Notes: generated by a model from the letters alone, not told the origin. Positions 49,580 to 63,260 are shown, counted from the first letter of the stretch. The stretch is 64,000 nucleotides of DNA from Octopus bimaculoides (GCF_001194135.2 NC_068981.1:58949113-59013112); one strand, 5' to 3'. A program made the numbers and translations.

Positions 49580-51560
49580 ACATATGGTGGTTGTTTACTT
49601 CTTATGTAAAGATTGCCCACCTCCTGTACCTACACCTTAGCACCATCATGGTATCTGATGTGGCTTTTTAAACTAGACAATGTTCTGAAAAGACACCCGC
49701 ATAGATTGCACCTCCAATGTGGACCACCAAGAGCTGCAGATAAATTTTGATCTTTGTGGATCTTAAAATGTCTTTTGAGGCCTCCGTTAGATTTGCAAAC
49801 CTTCTGGCATACACTGCATTCAAAGGTGTGCACAGACACATAGGCAGAATAGTTGGTGGAGGTTCGTTTTCCATGGGTTCGCAGATGAGATTGGAGCCCA
49901 TCAAAAGACAGGTGTGGTCTGTCACAAACTGTGCACACAAAAAGGTCATTGTCATTCACCTTCTCGATCGTAACATTCTTCCTTAGATCTCTTTTGAGTC
50001 TTACATGCGTTATCCTAGCCTCTTCAAATGCTTTCACTCCACTCCACACTTTTGTTCGCCATCAAACTCGATCCGAAGCAAGGGTTTCTATGTCTTCTGG
50101 ATCCATTCCAAGTGACTTCATAGTAGTCCTTATGCCATCCTTACACCTTTTTTTAGTTTTACGCCGATAGCGTTTTCCCTCTGCAAGCTCACCATAAAAC
50201 AGCTGTTCGGCATGTGTTCATCTGCCATTCGAACAATATAGCCACACCATTTCATTTAGTTCCTCAAAATCATAGCTTTAATTGAGGTGATGCCTGCAGA
50301 TGCAAGGACATCTGTGTTTGGAGTAAAAAAGAAACTCCATTTAATTTCTAAAATGTGATGAAGACGTTTTTGGTGGAATTGTTCTAACAATTGAAAATGC
50401 CTTTCATAACAAGTCCATGTTTCACAAGAATACAACAGGGGTGGTAAGACAAATGATTTGTGAAGAGCCAGCTTTGTATTCTTATTTATATGTTGCTGGC
50501 ACCAAAGCGTGACTCCAAGTCACCAAATGCTTTTGCTGCCCTTTGAATTCGCATCTGTATTTCTGTGTGAAGATTTCTATCATTTTGTACAGAGCTTCCA
50601 AGCTAGATGAACGAATCGACAACCTCAAGTAACTTACCCGTAACAAAAATTTTAGTGGGGGTGGGGTGTTACAAACGGTACCACACGCAGGTTGATGCAT
50701 TAAAACTATTTTTTTCAAGTTGATGGTCTAGCGAAAATCATCACAAGCCGAGTCAAATGCAGATACAAGAGATTGCAGACCTGTTTCAGAATGAGTGACA
50801 AGATCGCAATCGTCAGCGTATAAAAGTTCCCTTATGAGTGAAGTAAAAATCTTCGTTTTGAATTTCAGTCTGGTCAGATTAAAAACATTCCCTGTTGTTC
50901 GATATTTTATGTAAATACCTTCTTCAGAATTTTGAAAAGCATGTGACAACACAACAGCAAAGTATATTTCAAAGAGGGTGAGGGTGGGTGCATCAAGGTC
51001 TCCTTGCTTTACTCCATTTTCCACAGCAAAAGATTCAGAGAGCCTACCACCAAAGTTTTCATATCTAGATGTAAAACCCTGATCATGTTTACAAATTTTT
51101 CTGGGCAACCTATTTTCCTTAGAATTAGCCACGGAGAATTTCGTTTAACAGTATCGAATGCTTTGCTCAAATCAACAAAGCAATGGTATAGAGCAAGATT
51201 CTGTTTAATGCACTTTTCTTGAAATTGTCTGATAGTAAAGATACAATCAGCTATGCCTCTGAAGGAACAAAAACCACACTGCGACTCAGACACTATATTT
51301 GGAACTATGAAGGTATTTAAACGTTCTAACAAAATGCGGGCAAGTGCCTTTCCAACCACAGACAAAAGCGAAATCCCACGAAAATTACTACACAGATCCT
51401 TTGGCCCTGATTTATACAAGGAGTCTTGAGGCACTTTCTCAGTTCTCCAACAGTGACAAATTAATATATTTAAGAGTTCAAAAATTTTTTCACCCATATA
51501 TTTCAAGACTTCTGCACAAATCCCATCAGACTGTGGAGAGTATGCAGAGTGGGAAGGACG
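49580..51560 (-). mobile_element. 5'-truncated RTE-clade (BovB-like) LINE: RT domain plus C-terminal triple C2H2 zinc finger
   Basis: NFRGISLLSVVGK, SESQCGF, FVDLSKAFDTV, NGVKQGD, LLYADD, then FHQKRLHHILEIKW, KQLFYGEL and SDRV*WR, in frame with ORF 49630-50049, which carries three C-x2-C-x12-H-x3-H units. Confidence 0.9.
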
Positions 51561-51594
51561 ACAGAGTGGAAAACAGAGTGAGCGTGAAATAAAA

Positions 51595-51613
51595 GATAGG
51601 TAGATAGATAGAT

Positions 51614-51663
<50 letters not shown>

Positions 51664-51750
51664 AGAGAGAGAGAGAGATACATAGATAGATAGATAGATA
51701 GATAAATAGATAGACAGACAGATATATATATATTTAGAGAGAGAGAGAGT
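51595..51750. repeat. Compound (GA)n/(GATA)n microsatellite at the RTE 5' truncation point
   Basis: Direct reading. Confidence 0.9.
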
Positions 51751-52439
51751 ATACTGTATGCTACTCTTAAAAAGTAAGAATGAAGTAAAATGCTGAAAAA
51801 ACAATGTGACTTTTATTCTTTTTGAAATCGAAATACCGAGTAGATATATTTGCATGAAGTGAAATGTATACTAATAGATGGTTATCATGATGAATTGAAA
51901 GGGAATTGACAATAATATTGAATATCTAATGAGGCATATAAAATTAATGAAGTACCTTTTAATAATGTGTAATTAGAAAAATCCATGTATAATTATAATT
52001 ATGGTTGCTATCAACTTAAAGATTGGATTGAAATGGTATTATGGTATTTTTAGGTTTTAGAACCACTTAAATGCTAAATATATCTCATATCTGAATAAAG
52101 TAATATTGACAGTCTGTATCGCCCAAACCCCACTAAAAATTAAATAACTATCAAAAGATCTTCAATACAACTCGTAAGTTAGGTTAAAAGGAGGTAATAG
52201 GCTGAATGTCATATGCAAAATAAACAAGAAACCTAATTAATTAAAATATCCAATCTACTCAATGAAAGGACTCAAAAACCTTCAGGCAATTGTTAGCGAT
52301 TGTCATATAATACCGCAAATACTTGTCCTATAACCAGATGCAACTTCAAAAACCAACGTTAATGCAACTTGATTGTCTATATGATGATATTTTAGAGATA
52401 AATCGCAAATATTCGTATCTGTGACAAGATATTCATTTA

Positions 52440-53382
52440 TCTTTTTACCGATTCCAATCATTGTTTTGCGGCCATGCTGGGGCCTTTAGTCGAATATAGC
52501 GACCCATATACTTATTGTAATCATATTTTAGACGATTGGTAAAGTTACTATTTTGAAACAAAACAGGTCTTGTGGCGTACACATAAACACTAACACGAAC
52601 AAAATACTAAAATACGTCTGTTGTACTCCTTCCACACACATTATATATATATATANNNNNNNNNNNNNNNNNNNNNNNNNNNNNNNNNNNNNNNNNNNNN
52701 NNNNNNNNNNNNNNNNNNNNNNNNNNNNNNNNNNNNNNNNNNNNNNNNNNNNNNNNNNNNNNNNNNNNNNNNNNNNNNNNNNNNNNNNNNNNNNNNNNNN
52801 NNNNNNNNNNNNNNNNNNNNNNNNNNNNNNNNNNNNNNNNNNNNNNNNNNNNNNNNNNNNNNNNNNNNNNNNNNNNNNNNNNNNNNNNNNNNNNNNNNNN
52901 NNNNNNNNNNNNNNNNNNNNNNNNNNNNNNNNNNNNNNNNNNNNNNNNNNNNNNNNNNNNNNNNNNNNNNNNNNNNNNNNNNNNNNNNNNNNNNNNNNNN
53001 NNNNNNNNNNNNNNNNNNNNNNNNNNNNNNNNNNNNNNNNNNNNNNNNNNNNNNNNNNNNNNNNNNNNNNNNNNNNNNNNNNNNNNNNNNNNNNNNNNNN
53101 NNNNNNNNNNNNNNNNNNNNNNNNNNNNNNNNNNNNNNNNNNNNNNNNNNNNNNNNNNNNNNNNNNNNNNNNNNNNNNNNNNNNNNNNNNNNNNNNNNNN
53201 NNNNNNNNNNNNNNNNNNNNNNNNNNNNNNNNNNNNNNNNNNNNNNNNNNNNNNNNNNNNNNNNNNNNNNNNNNNNNNNNNNNNNNNNNNNNNNNNNNNN
53301 NNNNNNNNNNNNNNNNNNNNNNNNNNNNNNNNNNNNNNNNNNNNNNNNNNNNNNNNNNNNNNNNNNNNNNNNNNNNNNNNNN

Positions 53383-53452
<70 letters not shown>

Positions 53453-53600
53453 ACGGGCTTCTGCACGGCTTCCGCCCTCCGAATCCCAGACAAAGTATTA
53501 ATCGACCAGAGGCTACAATATAAGACAATTTCCCATTTTACCATGCATTGAGATAGAACCCGGAAACATGTAATTTTAAAGTAAACTTAACCATACAGCT
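52440..53600 (-). mobile_element. Decayed SINE (family of 2092-2460) spanning an N gap
   Basis: GCGGCCATGCTGG...TTTAGTCGAA to the left of the gap; ACGGGCTTCT...GAGGCTA..ATAAGACA...GAACCCGGAA to the right. Confidence 0.5.
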
Positions 53601-54149
53601 CTGTCTGCACCTAGGAATGTTTCAAAGTCACTCAGCATTGCTGCTAGTTTGTCTCAAGTCAATCAAAAACATTGCAGCTGCAGCAACTCCTTATAATGGA
53701 CACCTCAGTGACTATCTTATCTAGTATATTATTTAAAATCGTAGAACACGACCTAAGGAAGTTTTGGCTCTTTAACAGAAAACTTCCTCATTGGTATGTA
53801 TTTAAAATTGGTAACTTACTAATATAGAAAATATATGTTTTCAAATGTGTCTCAATCTCTGTCTCTCTGTCTTTGTTTCTGTCTGTTTGTCTCGGTTTCT
53901 CTCTCTCTCTCTCTCTTTCTCCTCGGGGTCTATCATACAATGTTCTCTTTTAATATCTTGGAAGCATTTGAAAATTGGTATACACACCGCACTCTCTCCG
54001 AAATTGAATCTACCTTAAAATGCCTTGTAACACTTAATAAGATTGTGGTAATAGTTTATTTAAATGTACTAGTTGGGCTAATTTTCACCGCGTGCGCACA
54101 TGCACGCACACACACAAACATACACACACACACAAACATACACACACAA

Positions 54150-54196
<47 letters not shown>

Positions 54197-54491
54197 NNNN
54201 NNNNNNNNNNNNNNNNNNNNNNNNNNNNNNNNNNNNNNNNNNNNNNNNNNNNNNNNNNNNNNNNNNNNNNNNNNNNNNNNNNNNNNNNNNNNNNNNNNNN
54301 NNNNNNNNNNNNNNNNNNNNNNNNNNNNNNNNNNNNNNNNNNNNNNNNNNNNNNNNNNNNNNNNNNNNNNNNNNNNNNNNNNNNNNNNNNNNNNNNNNNN
54401 NNNNNNNNNNNNNNNNNNNNNNNNNNNNNNNNNNNNNNNNNNNNNNNNNNNNNNNNNNNNNNNNNNNNNNNNNNNNNNNNNNNNNNNNNNN

Positions 54492-54540
<49 letters not shown>

Positions 54541-54709
54541 ACTATACAAGTTGACAGATATGCAGCTCTTGAAATACCTATTAATAAACTTATCTAGTTA
54601 AATAGACACTTATTTTAAACTAAGCTACATCAGTGTAATACTGTCTGCAACTGGAAATACACATCAATACGATCTTTTTTCTTAAGTCTGCTTGAATTCA
54701 TGACGTTGC

Positions 54710-54768
54710 TTGAATTCATGCTGGTTTATAGATGATTATTAATCATCTATGAACCAGCATGAATTCAA
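54710..54768. repeat. Near-perfect palindrome, 29-bp arms with 1-nt centre
   Basis: TTGAATTCATGCTGGTTTATAGATGATTA-t-TAATCATCTATGAACCAGCATGAATTCAA, with one G.T mismatch. Confidence 0.9.
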
Positions 54769-56388
54769 ACAATGTTTGAACTGGAATAAAAATCGACTTT
54801 AGGTTAATTGAAGCGGAAGGGAGCAGTGCGGTGTTTTGGAGGTTAAAAGACGATACTCCGACCAGAATTCAAAGCTACTATGAAGGTCACGTAGGTTAGT
54901 TGCAACAGACTCTTTTTAATGTATACTTTTGTTTCGCTTCATCATCCTAGCTGTATGTAGGTGGATGGATAAATTGACGTTGGAATCTCACTAAATACGT
55001 CTTTAGTAATTTAGAGACCATTATTGTATTTACTTACTTTTGTTTTGAATAGAAATTTGTAATTGTCTTTCAAAATTGATGGGAGAAAAAATTTGCGTTA
55101 ACTTATCGTGACATACAACGTTTATCGAAACATTAGTGTTTACCTGTGGTCTTTATATTTAGAAGTCTCAGTAAAGTGATAGATCGAACTAATAACTACC
55201 TTAAACATACTTAATCACGTGCAGCTACACAAAAATCATGCACCAAAATGAATATATCCCTGCTACATTTACAACATAAACAATACATTCTATTTATGGT
55301 AACGGTTTCGCATTTTTCTATAATATCTTCATACAATACAAAATAATTTTTGTCTGTCTTGATTTGTGACTCAGCGAAGTTATTTTAGGTGAAATACATC
55401 TCGGTGAGCTCAATTGTCCTTTCGAATTTAAATCCACTGCGATCCTTATGAATATTCATTGTTATATTATGGAAGACGTGGCATTTTGAGGTTAAATCAA
55501 TGCTACTGCCTTCCAATTTTTTTTCTACTATAGGCACCAGGCCTGAAATTTTGGGAGAGGAGCTTTAAGAATATTTCTCTTTATAAATGTCTTATCAATT
55601 CCTATATATATATNNNNNNNNNNNNNNNNNNNNNNNNNNNNNNNNNNNNNNNNNNNNNNNNNNNNNNNNNNNNNNNNNNNNNNNNNNNNNNNNNNNNNNN
55701 NNNNNNNNNNNNNNNNNNNNNNNNNNNNNNNNNNNNNNNNNNNNNNNNNNNNNNNNNNNNNNNNNNNNNNNNNNNNNNNNNNNNNNNNNNNNNNNNNNNN
55801 NNNNNNNNNNNNNNNNNNNNNNNNNNNNNNNNNNNNNNNNNNNNNNNNNNNNNNNNNNNNNNNNNNNNNNNNNNNNNNNNNNNNNNNNNNNNNNNNNNNN
55901 NNNNNNNNNNNNNNNNNNNNNNNNNNNNNNNNNNNNNNNNNNNNNNNNNNNNNNNNNNNNNNNNNNNNNNNNNNNNNNNNNNNNNNNNNNNNNNNNNNNN
56001 NNNNNNNNNNNNNNNNNNNNNNNNNNNNNNNNNNNNNNNNNNNNNNNNNNNNNNNNNNNNNNNNNNNNNNNNNNNNNNNNNNNNNNNNNNNNNNNNNNNN
56101 NNNNNNNNNNNNNNNNNNNNNNNNNNNNNNNNNNNNNNNNNNNNNNNNNNNNNNNNNNNNNNNNNNNNNNNNNNNNNNNNNNNNNNNNNNNNNNNNNNNN
56201 NNNNNNNNNNNNNNNNNNNNNNNNNNNNNNNNNNNNNNNNNNNNNNNNNNNNNNNNNNNNNNNNNNNNNNNNNNNNNNNNNNNNNNNNNNNNNNNNNNNN
56301 NNNNNNNNNNNNNNNNNNNNNNNNNNNNNNNNNNNNNNNNNNNNNNNNNNNNNNNNNNNNNNNNNNNNNNNNNNNNNNNNNNNNNNNN

Positions 56389-56432
<44 letters not shown>

Positions 56433-57389
56433 TTTTTACTAATTAATATTGAACGGTTGAATGAGTCGAACCGTACATATTTTGCTTATGAAGAAATTTT
56501 TTCCCATTGCATCCACAAGATGGGATACCAAAAGTCTATTCTTCAAGTAGAGGTCAGGTATTCTAAGAATTGTACTTACGGTTTTCAGAGGATATGATAT
56601 CCGGTCATTATACTGCAACTTGTGCAATAAAACGTCCCATTATAATATATAGGATGATGATTCCATAATGTTACTGCGATAGTTGGTGAGGCTTGGTTCA
56701 ATCATTCCTATCAGGTTCTCGAATAGGAATATTGAGGGGATATCAATTATCAAAAATAAATAAATGAATAATATAAATATAAGTAAAGGTCGACTAACAG
56801 TGAGACAAAACGCTATAGGTTCTGTCGATATTCACGTGTTTCTCAATTCCGAAGATTTGTTTGTAAGGGATTTACGAGAAGGGAGATTATGTCAGTTCGT
56901 CGTTCGTCACCTTGCAGTGTTGAGTTAAACTTCTCTTGCATGTTTAGAGAGAGTGATAGGAAAGTACTGACTATTATTCTGTCCATCCATTGTCTTTACA
57001 AAACGTATTCAGAGTCAAGTGGCAAAGTTTGGAATAACTAATGACAAGATTTGTAACATCTGTAGATTCCCATTTCACATTTACATAAAATGCTATTAAA
57101 TTTAAATTTACAAGACCATTTTAAATGCCGATCATGACCAAATGTTCGGCCTTGATTTGCTGAGCAAATTTACAACGGATCCAACAGGCGAGGCGTTGTC
57201 GGTTATCAGGACTAGACTAGAAAGAATAACAATTAATAAAAAAAAAAACAACAAAAAACCCAACAAAACCTCCTTTCCCCCAAACAAACAGTCACATTGA
57301 ATGCACGAAATTACTGGCTGATAACATCATGCAGATATTAACACTTTGGTTAAGTACGGCTAACTTCTAGATCAAAATTGAAATATATT

Positions 57390-58250
57390 AACACAAGGAA
57401 GAGATGGATAGGAGTTCATCATTGTCGACAATAATGGCCAACGTTTACACAGAGTACTTTGAAAAACTAGCTTCAGTAAATTCATCGCTGAAATGTGCAG
57501 GGTGGTTTAGATACGTGGATAACACAGTCATGGATATTATTTATATCATTTACTTTTGACGGATAATTATCCTCATCTTGTTTGTTGTTAACAACAAACA
57601 AGATGAGGACAAATATCCGTCAAATGTAAATAATATAAATAATGTGCATAATTCCTCATCTCATAAATATAGAACTGGAACACACTCATGTTCCGGGAAT
57701 ATCAAGCTATTGTAGATTATTTGAACTCTCTATAACCCCAGTTTACGGTGGAGAGGGAAACAACGACTAACTGATATTCCTTGAGGTACGAATCAGATGA
57801 TCCGTATAAAAGAAACCACCAACCTCTGTACCCTTTTTAAAACAATGAGCCCCATCATCCATACAATGTAAAGAAAGGAGTTACCTGGCACCTGCGATAT
57901 CGTGCAAAAAATGACCTGCACCAATGGATCAGCTTACATAGAAGGAAAGTGTCGTATGAAGAATATATTTCTGAATTACAGGTAAGAAACACAGTTAATC
58001 TCGAACACAAAGTAGAGCTTAAAACTAAACTTTATTCTGTTTTTACCTTAGTGCAAGTACTTGTCTCAGAAAATTCAGAGAATTTGTAAAGGATTTTACA
58101 CAAGAACAGTATCAGAGAGTATCATCAACTCAAGCAGGTTTCACGCCAAAGTCAAACCAATCCAAGAATGTTTAGAACACATGGACTGCATCTATAACAT
58201 CCTACGAATTTGTGGAGGGACCCATAAAGAAGAAACTGAAGACATCTAAA
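57390..58250 (+). mobile_element. Penelope-like element remnant (RT to start of GIY-YIG)
   Basis: GSSLSTIMANVYTEYFEK...WFRYVDNT, then YLNSL..FTVERE, HHPYNVKKGV, LSQKIQRIC and CIYNI..ICG (decayed MGSPLSP, RYVDD, HHP and VYxIPC motifs). Confidence 0.75.
57536..57643. repeat. 108-bp spacer-less palindrome inserted in the Penelope RT
   Basis: 54-bp arms with 4 mismatches, centred on GTT|AAC at 57589/57590. Confidence 0.9.
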
Positions 58251-59062
58251 GCTGAGAATACAGGAATATCAAAAACTTTTATAAATAAAAGAAGAATCAT
58301 CCAAGTTAGAAACAGCTGAATAAATATTGTGAAAGAAAGTAAATCACATACTGCTATGGAATAAAATTTACATAATCAGTTGAGAATCACCGGGGGAACT
58401 TGGATAAATTAAAATAGTAGTACATATAACAACAAACACAACGCTGACTTCAGCTCATTATTACTTTTTTTTTTACTGAACGATACCTATAAATAACTGA
58501 AAATGCTGCATGCATAATTAATTTACAAGTGTTTGTAGCTTAATGGGTATATGCGTCACTACCTAATATTAGAAATACAGGTCCCGATATAGAATTCAGT
58601 TTTGTATTATGTGTTGTATATTCCTAAGAATAATACATCCGATGACGATGAGAACGTAGGGAACATGTAAACCTAAAACATATATTTATACTCTGAAAGA
58701 CAAAACCATTGATATCACATATTTCTGTTGTTTGTTGTGATCACAAATTACTGGTACTTATTCTTTTGATTACAGATAGAGCTGTTGAAATTAGACTCCG
58801 TTGGGAGAGCAGCATAGAAACCAACTCGATGTCATGAATCAGTTGGTTTAGCTTATTCACCCACACCGTCAGCTCCAGCGTATATAGGATATTGTCCATA
58901 TTGTATTTCGTAAGATATGGTCTCCCACAACCCTTGTTTCCAATTTCCATTTCCATTTAACTGACTTAAGTACTTACAAGAGGAAGCCGCATATCAGCAA
59001 TTACTATCGATTCCATAGGATATATATGCTTATGGAAATATGGAAGTTTGCCAATCGCTCTC

Positions 59063-59112
<50 letters not shown>

Positions 59113-59286
59113 CACACTCACACACACACACACGTGTGTAGATCTATCTATCAATCTATCTATCTATATACACACCCGCCCTCACACACATAAATATATA
59201 CACACATACGTTAGCATACATATATTTATATATACATGTTTACACCTGTATAATATATATATATGTGTATTATATGTATATGTATG

Positions 59287-59378
<92 letters not shown>

Positions 59379-59592
59379 NNNNNNNNNNNNNNNNNNNNNN
59401 NNNNNNNNNNNNNNNNNNNNNNNNNNNNNNNNNNNNNNNNNNNNNNNNNNNNNNNNNNNNNNNNNNNNNNNNNNNNNNNNNNNNNNNNNNNNNNNNNNNN
59501 NNNNNNNNNNNNNNNNNNNNNNNNNNNNNNNNNNNNNNNNNNNNNNNNNNNNNNNNNNNNNNNNNNNNNNNNNNNNNNNNNNNNNNNNNNNN

Positions 59593-59634
<42 letters not shown>

Positions 59635-61049
59635 CTACAAAGTGAATGAGAGAGGAACATAGCAGAAATCAAACAGAAGGAGAATCAGAGGAAGAGAGAG
59701 AGAGAGAGAGAGAGCACGCCAGAAAGGGAGAGAGAGAGAGTGAGAGAGAGAAAGTGAGCGTGTGAAAGAGAAAGAGAAGAAAAAACTTATGAACAAATGT
59801 AAATAGTGAAAGGAAATCTTTCACTGATACTAAACATGGTGAATGTTAGAGAAACATTGGCCTCACGATAAAATTTATCCAACTAAATTTGCTGTAAATA
59901 TAAAGTGGGAATTTACAGATGTTACAACAACTGTTGCCATTATTGATTCCATTCTTTCCCAGTTGATACTTCAACTAAAACTAAAATGGGGGCAACAGCG
60001 AACAGAATATAATTGTAGAGATATTTGATGGAAATAAGAATATCCAGTACATGTAAGCTATTTTACGAAGAATATCTTTAGAGTATTGCTCGTTTTAAAA
60101 TAAGTTCAAACAACTGAATTAATAGAGTGTAAGATAACCAGTTAAGAGTTTCACTGTTCGTACCCAGTCACTGGCTTTGCATTGTACGAGTGACCGAGAA
60201 AAGAAAAGCATTAACAACTAAGTGCATCTAATAGGGTAGGAATAACTGTTACAAATGTTTTTAGAACTATTTCTTTTGCGAACCCGTTGTAACCAGTGGT
60301 AGCACTATCAAATTAAAAATGTGCTTCAGTGGCTTATGGTTTTGTACTCTTCTTGTGAGTGTGATCAGGAGGCGAACGGTATCTCATTAGGAGTCAATAG
60401 GGTGGATAAGCGATTGTTGGATATCTGTCATTATGAAAAGACAGATAACCGACTTGAGCATCCGATAAGGAAGAGGTAAAAAGCATTATTGAATACCTAT
60501 CGATAAGTAAAGTTTCGTCAGATATGAAGGAAATTGATGACAAAAAAAAAAGAATAAATAACATCTCCCTATATTCGTTTCTCTGCTCATTCCAATTTAC
60601 AAATTTTATTTTCTCTTACTAGCGTCACTGCAGACTGTTTCTCTGAATTCACAAGAGAAATGTTTACATACAAAACATCTTAAAGAATCTTTCCAATCTT
60701 ATACTTTTCTATGCTATATTTACAGTCTCTTGTAGTAGCATTTTACTTAGAAGCGATATCCGATAACTTGTAATCACTGGAAAGCAGCAACTCAATCAGC
60801 GAATATAAGATTTATTAGATGACTCAGATTCTACATGTTGTATACTTTAATTACAGAAATACACGCAAATCATAGATACTTGGTTATCCACACGAAGAGT
60901 CAATAACACATACATATAAGTCTAAGACAGCTGTTTTACTTGGAATGCCAGAGAATATATGATTTCCTTCATATGTTTATTTCTAAGTACAGCTGCATAC
61001 TGCAGCAGATTTTAAAATGTGTCAAGGTGGTAAACAATTTTATTTATTT

Positions 61050-61224
61050 TCTATATTATAAAATTATTTCTAACATAAATTTTTCTAATATTTCAAAATT
61101 ATTTTAAACATAAATTTTTCTAATATTTTGTAATTATTTTTTACATAAATTTTTCTAATATTTTGCAATTATTTTTAACATAGACTTTTCTAACATTTTG
61201 TAATTATATTTAACATAAATTTTT
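61050..61224. repeat. AT-rich 35-bp minisatellite, ~5 copies
   Basis: The ACATAAATTTTTC motif starts at 61073, 61108, 61143, 61178 (variant) and 61213. Confidence 0.9.
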
Positions 61225-62434
61225 CGCAGATAGAATTGACAGAGCGGTGCACCAGATGCTCTGCTAGGTTTAGTTATGTTTCTTCATATTCATTGTTTTG
61301 AACATAGGTTCAATTTTGTCTTTCATCCTTGTATTATCAGTGAAATATTACCACTGAAGTATCGGGGCAATGTTATTTAACTATATCCTCCCCACAAGCA
61401 TTTCACGTTATGTTTATGTCATAAATCATTATTTCTAAAAGTTTTATTGTAAAATTATTTGAAATACTAATAAAATTTTCTTTAGAAGTATTTCAATATA
61501 AACAAATTTACTTTAAGAAAAAAAAAAAATATATCTATATATACAAATATATAAAAATGCAATTATTTTCTTTAATAATCTCAGCCAACTTTTTGAACCA
61601 AAACAAAGCTAGTGTTTATCTTTACAGTTGCTGGTAGCTAAAAAAGAAAAAAAATTACACGAGATCAAAATGCTGCCGTGTCTCTCTCTCTTCAACACAA
61701 TGTTAGAATGAGTGTCATTTTCACGGGGAAGCAGCATATACTTTATATGGAAGACTTCAAAATCCCTCGCTATTATAACAAATCATCTTGATAAGCTATA
61801 GACAGACAAATTTCTTAGAAAGATAACTAATTCAATTGCAATGTAACGAAACATATTCATTCATATTTCTTTTGCTGTCGATTGCTAGCCATGATGAATA
61901 CCTTTCATAGTTCTTTAACTGCCATCCTCCAGGTATCCATTTGAATATGTGGGTGTACATAGTTATGGAAGCAGGTGTAAGCGTGTTTTATAAGCGTTAC
62001 TAGCTTTTGCAAGTTTTTAGCAACACATTCTTTCAAGGACCTGCAACTGTTTCACCCTTTAAATAACAGGGCAAACAAGTGTAAATTGTGGCAGTAGTAG
62101 TGAGTAGCTTAACGATGCAGAAGATTCCAAGCACATATTTGCTCTCAGTGTTGCTACGTAGTATGTCTTTGTTTTGAGATTTTCTCCCTTACTCACTAAT
62201 TCTAATGAGAGCCTACACCATATGGCAGAAAATCATGCAAAACAGCGTTGTTTAATATCCTAGGTCATTAAATACATTGCCATGCTCTAATATCTATTAA
62301 AATACGAAATGTTTACAGGACAACAGTATCTTGTGAAAACAATAACTTCAGAGTGCAATATTGATTATAATGACAATAACAATAATTCCTAATCATAAGG
62401 ACACACTTTTTTGTGGGGATGGATGCAGTTGAAT

Positions 62435-62515
62435 AAATCACTCCAGGTAGTTCATTTTAAAGACTCCAGAAGTATAAAAGATAAATTGACCTCAAGAGAT
62501 TTAAGCTCAGGAGAT
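62435..62515 (-). mobile_element. Highly decayed SINE fragment (family of 6722-6887)
   Basis: CCAGGTAGTTCATTTT...AAGATAAATTGACCTCAAGAGATTTAAGCTCAG resembles 6740-6810. Confidence 0.35.
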
Positions 62516-62779
62516 AAAAGATACATCACCACATACTAGAAGGTATATTGTTGGACGCTCCACCAATTCCGCATAGCAAAATTAAAAAAATACTGCAATG
62601 AATCAGAAGAGAAGATGGAAAAATTCAGAAGCATCGCAAGCTAGCCTATTAGAGCAGACGATAGATTTAAAACCATTAAAACCTACAAGCATCTCGAAAG
62701 AAAAAGACTCAATAAGTTCTCGTTTATGTCTAAAACACCTGGCCAATAATATGGGTATTCAATGATCTGGAAAACATCT

Positions 62780-63260
62780 CAATATGAACACCTAAATAGT
62801 TCCTGTCAAACCATTGGCTTTAAATGATAAAGGGCGAGGTGTAAGCCATTTTCTCTATGTGGATGTCTCAAACCTACAAAAACCTACAAAAATTAGCTCA
62901 CAATTTCAACCAAGTCATGAAAATGAGTAAGCAATTAAGCAAATGTCCCAAAGCTGAAGAGGAGAACTAACAAAAACAACAACAACAAAAAACAAAAAAC
63001 AAAATCAAAAACAAACCCCCCACTGAATTGGTTACAGACACTGAATCAAAACAAATGCTTAGGAGTAGATGAAACTGACAACACACCGAAATGTCGGGGA
63101 AAAGTGAATTGGTAAGCCAAGAGAAAAAAAAAACACAGGAAACAACTAACAACATTCTCAAACTGTGACTCAAAAGTTGATGCAGATAGAATATACCTTG
63201 TTCACAGGGATATAAATAGAGAATTACTACAAAGTAACAACAGTGAGAAAAAATGCTTAA
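62780..63260 (+). mobile_element. Possible very decayed R4/Dong-like RT remnant
   Basis: GVSHFLYVD (compare SHLLYMDD) and VDADRIYL (compare DVDRLY) only. Confidence 0.3.

Larger units (their letters stand above)
5025..59592. other. Multiple assembly gaps (N runs), nearly all bounded by microsatellites
   Basis: N runs start at about 5025, 5902, 13720, 21629, 25753, 27611, 28658, 35502, 39096, 41042, 42630, 48189, 52657, 54197, 55614 and 59379. Adjacency across them is not guaranteed. Confidence 0.95.

Noticed and set aside
51780-52400. AT-rich stretch vaguely resembling Penelope RT C-terminus
   Set aside because: No diagnostic motif could be read in any frame.
4902-59672. Dozens of long ORFs rich in X, YI, TH, CV or ER dipeptides
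   Set aside because: They read through N gaps and (TA)n, (CA)n, (TACA)n or (GA)n microsatellites and have no protein-like composition.
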